Part shown: piece after piece, positions 59,912 through 64,000 of the stretch
How positions within the stretch are numbered: the stretch's first letter is position 1
How the letters are laid out: every line of letters begins with the position of its first letter
Source: Macrostomum lignano
Taxonomy: Eukaryota
NCBI GenBank assembly: GCA_002269645.1
Contig: NIVC01002006.1
Coordinates: forward strand, 124,001 to 188,000
Direction: 5' to 3'
Length of the DNA stretch: 64,000 bases
Translations under genes and position numbers: made by a program
The notes under the pieces: model-generated
Seen by the model: the letters and a program-made list of their open reading frames with translations, nothing else
Told to the model about the DNA's origin: nothing
Databases searched by the model: none

Positions 59912-62900
59912 ATGTCCAAGCCCTGCATCAACTGCTGCAGCTGCATCTGCCGTTGCATTCTCATTGTGACCAACATTGCGGCCATTGTGAGTTGCTGCTT
60001 GCAGTATCTGTCAATATGCTTGTTAATTGGCTGTCACAATCTGTTAGAGTTCTTACAGTGTCGGTCAACAAGGTTAATTTAGTGCGCGCACATGCACACT
60101 GTGAACATCATCTTACAGTCAATTTGTGACCAAGTGGCACACCTTGCTTTAACTATCACTCTGGTACACCTGCTGTAGTTATCAATCTGGTACACCTGCT
60201 GTAATTATCAATCTGGTACACCTGCTGTAATTATCACTCTGGTACACCTGCTGTAGTTATCAATCTGGTACACCTGCTGTAGTTATCAATCTGGTACACC
60301 TGCTGTAGTTATCAATCTGGTACACCTGCTGTAATTATCAATCTGGTACACCTGCTGTAGTGATCACTCTGGTACACCAGCTGTAGTTATCAATCTGGTA
60401 CACCTGCTGTAATTATCACTCTGGTACACCTGCTGTAGTTATCAATCTGGTACACCTGCTGTAATTATCAATCTGGTACACCTGCTGTAGTTATCAATCT
60501 GGTACACCTGCTGTAATTATCAATCTGGTACACCTGCTGTAATTATCACTCTGGTACACCTGCTGTAATTATCAATCTGGTACACCTGCTGTAATTATCA
60601 ATCTGGTACACCTGCTGTAGTTATCAATCTGGTACACCTGCTGTAATTATCAATCTGGTACACCTGCTGTAATTATCAATCTGGTACACCTGCTGTAGTT
60701 ATCAATCTGGTACACCAGCTGTAATTATCAATCTGGTACACCTGCTGTAGTTATCAATCTGGTACACCTGCTGTAGTTATCAATCTGGTACACCTGCTGT
60801 AATTATCAATCTGGTACACCTGCTGTAGTTATCAATCTGGTACACCAGCTGTAATTATCAATCTGGTACACCTGCTGTAGTTATCAATCTGGTACACCTG
60901 CTGTAATTATCAATCTGGTACACCTGCTGTAGTTATCAATCTGGTACACCTGCTGTAATTATCAATCTGGTACACCTGCTGTAATTATCAATCTGGTACA
61001 CCTGCTGTAGTTATCAATCTGGTACACCTGCTGTAATTATCAATCTGGTACACCTGCTGTAGTTATCACTCTGGTACACCTGCTGTAGTTATCAATCTGG
61101 TACACCTGCTGTAATTATCAATCTGGTACACCTGCTGTAGTTATCAATCTGGTACACCTGCTGTAGTTATCAATCTGGTACACCTGCTGTAATTATCAAT
61201 CTGGTACACCTGCTGTAATTATCAATCTGGTACACCTGCTGTAGTTATCAATCTGGTACACCTGCTGTAGTTATCAATCTGGTACACCTGCTGTAAAATG
61301 CCCTGTAAAAGTACACCAAAATCCCCTTGTATCCCCAAGAAGCCTACAAGTGACTGAGGTGTTTTTTACTAGCGAGTTATCAAAATGGGAATTTAATTCA
61401 CTCTACCATCGATTCAGAAGTTACAGGATACGGGAGATTTGGGATTGAGGAGAATGGGATTTGGGGAGATTTTGGGTTGGGGAGATTTTGGATTGGGGAG
61501 ATTTCGGATCTAGGTAATTTGGGTTTAGGGAGGATTTGGGATTGAGGAGAGTTGGGATTTAGGAGAATGGGTTTGGGGAGATTTGGGATTTGGGGAGATT
61601 TGGGGTCGGGGAGATTTTGGATCTGGGAGATTTAGGATCTGGGAGATTTGGGATCCGGGAGATTTGAGATCTGGGAGATTTGGAATCTGGAAGGCTTGGG
61701 ATCTGGGAGACTTGGGATTGGGAAGATTTTGGATCTGGGAGATTTGTTACCGAGAAGTTTTGGCACCGAGGCCTCAAAGGGCCATGCAGTTTCGTAAAAC
61801 TAAAACAGTATATTTTTCCAGGAAATGAATGTCTCATCCTGCTACTAAAAGTAGTAGTCGAATTTTCAACCCAAACCAAAACGATTGCAGCTCATCGGCA
61901 TCGCTCTGATCCTCCTCGGCGTGCTGTTCACCTTCGGCTTCAGCCTGTTCAGCAGCGTGCTGGAATCCAGCATCAAGTCGGCAACCAGCGACATCGCGAC
62001 GGCTTTGAAGTCGGGATTCAACATTGACTTGGACGTGTACGCCCTGCTGAAGAACATCAGCGCAGTCACTGGGGGTCTCGGAGCTGCGCTCATGGTGATT
62101 GGAATTCTGGTGCTGCTGCTGAGCTGCTTTGGCTGCTGCGGAGCCTCCTGCAAGGCCCAGTCATGCCTGGTTATTGTGAGTCCCATGAGCTCATTGACCT
62201 ACTCATTGGGAGTCCCATGAGCTCATTAACCTGCTCATTGTGAGTCCCATGAGCTCATTGACCTGCTCATTATGAGTCCTATGAGCTCATTGACCTGCTC
62301 ATTGTGAGTCCCATGAGCTCATTGACCTGGTCACAGTAGTGTATCACTATCACCCTTACGATACTGGCACCCCTGCTGCTAGCGCCTACTTCAAAAAAAT
62401 AAAATGGCACTCCCCCTAAAAATGACACTTACCCAAATTAAAAATGGCACTCCCCCAAATTAAATGGCACTCCCCCAAAAAATGGCACTCTCCTAATGCA
62501 ATGGCACTCCTCAAATAAAAATGGCATTCCCAAATAAACTGGCACTCTCCCAAATAAACTGGCACTCTCCCAAACGCGCTCCCTTTTAAGAAGTCCTGAC
62601 TGCATAGCTCGCAAATTCAGCTCACGAATCGGAAATAAAAATTAATATTCTAATTAATATTTTAGTACGGTTTCATCGTCGCTCTGGTCTTCCTGGCACA
62701 AGTTATCGTGGTCATTGTCTGGTTCGCCAGCTCGGACACGGTGGGTTCCAATTAGTTTATGTTATCTGATATTAATAATGACAGTGACATGCGAGATCAC
62801 CGGTATGAACGATTATGTTGAACCTTTGCATTCATCCCCATCTTTCACCTTTGCATCCAAGGTGTAAACCATCGTATCCAAGGTGTAAACCATCGTATCC

Positions 62901-63435
62901 AAGGTGTAAACCATCGTATCCAAGGTGTAAACCATCGTATCCAAGGTGTAAACCATCGTATCCAAGGTGTAAACCATCGTATCCAAGGTGTAAACCATCG
63001 TATCCAAGGTGTAAACCATCGTATCCAAGGTGTAAACCATCGTATCCAAGGTGTAAACCATCGTATCCAAGGTGTAAACCATCGTATCCAAGGTGTAAAC
63101 CATCGTATCCAAGGTGTAAACCATCGTATCCAAGGTGTAAACCATCGTATCCAAGGACCCTTTTTTAGAAAAGTATGCTTGATTTCATTATTGCAGCTAA
63201 GAAAAATTCACTCAATTCTATTTTCAGTTCAAGTCATCCGTAAAGTCAGAAATGGAGCAAAGTCTCAAAAAGTTCACTGGAATCAGCAGCAAGAATATTC
63301 AGACCCTGTTACAGAATCTGCTGCAGATCTTTGTCGGCTGCTGCGGCGTAAACAATGGGACGGATTTCGAAACTATGAGCCCGAAATGGAACAGGACCTA
63401 CTCGATGTCCGAATCCAGTTTTAATTACACCTTCA
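59912..63435 (+). CDS. Tetraspanin (partial); exons 59912-59986, 61891-62175, 62666-62740, 63228-63435; continues off window
   Basis: [25 protein letters not shown]|[10 protein letters not shown]...[16 protein letters not shown]...|[16 protein letters not shown]...|...[17 protein letters not shown]. Shows TM1-3, GCCGA and the EC2 CCG motif; GT-AG introns. Confidence 0.9.
60160..61295. repeat. 26-bp minisatellite in tetraspanin intron 1, ~43 copies
   Basis: CTGGTACACCTGCTGTAGTTATCAAT units. Confidence 0.97.
61430..61745. repeat. Degenerate GGGAGATTT-type repeat (related tract at 59365-59550)
   Basis: Direct. Confidence 0.75.
62176..62330. repeat. 32-bp minisatellite whose unit begins with the splice donor GTGAGT
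   Basis: GTGAGTCCCATGAGCTCATTGACCT.CTCATT, ~5 copies. Confidence 0.85.
62855..63156. repeat. 21-bp minisatellite in tetraspanin intron 3
   Basis: ATCCAAGGTGTAAACCATCGT, ~14 copies. Confidence 0.95.
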
Positions 63436-63461
63436 GTGAGTTCCTACTGCAGTCGAGAGTC

Positions 63462-63965
<504 letters not shown>

Positions 63966-64000
63966 AATAAGTGCAACAACACTTTTAATTTAGATCTGAC

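Overview
Eukaryotic (metazoan) genomic DNA. It has GC-rich exons with GT-AG introns, almost all of which carry their own minisatellite, plus AT-rich intergenic blocks full of MITEs. This style, together with a double alpha-crystallin sHSP, suggests a flatworm such as Macrostomum (inference only). Reconstructed genes on the minus strand: SRSF7/SRSF3-like (partial), a divergent RS-less RRM+Zn-knuckle paralog, ATP synthase subunit s (factor B), PNKP (4 exons), a stand-alone PNKP-type FHA ORF, DDX55 (5 exons), ALG10 (3 exons) and a two-domain sHSP. On the plus strand: a Harbinger-type Myb/SANT ORF, PLA2G15/LCAT-like (4 exons), a C-type lectin and a tetraspanin (partial). The best hidden signal is six diverged copies of an ~80-nt C/D-box snoRNA resembling U76/SNORD76, sense to PNKP and packed four and two into introns 1 and 2. 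Other notable items are two domain-only paralogs directly upstream of their parent genes, a MITE carrying a 28S rRNA fragment, a long-TIR element packed with scrambled LINE fragments, a composite hAT-like element with a nested Harbinger MITE, a CORE-type SINE, and an inverted CT/GA-rich duplication about 25 kb apart. All family assignments come from motif recognition by eye; no searches were run.
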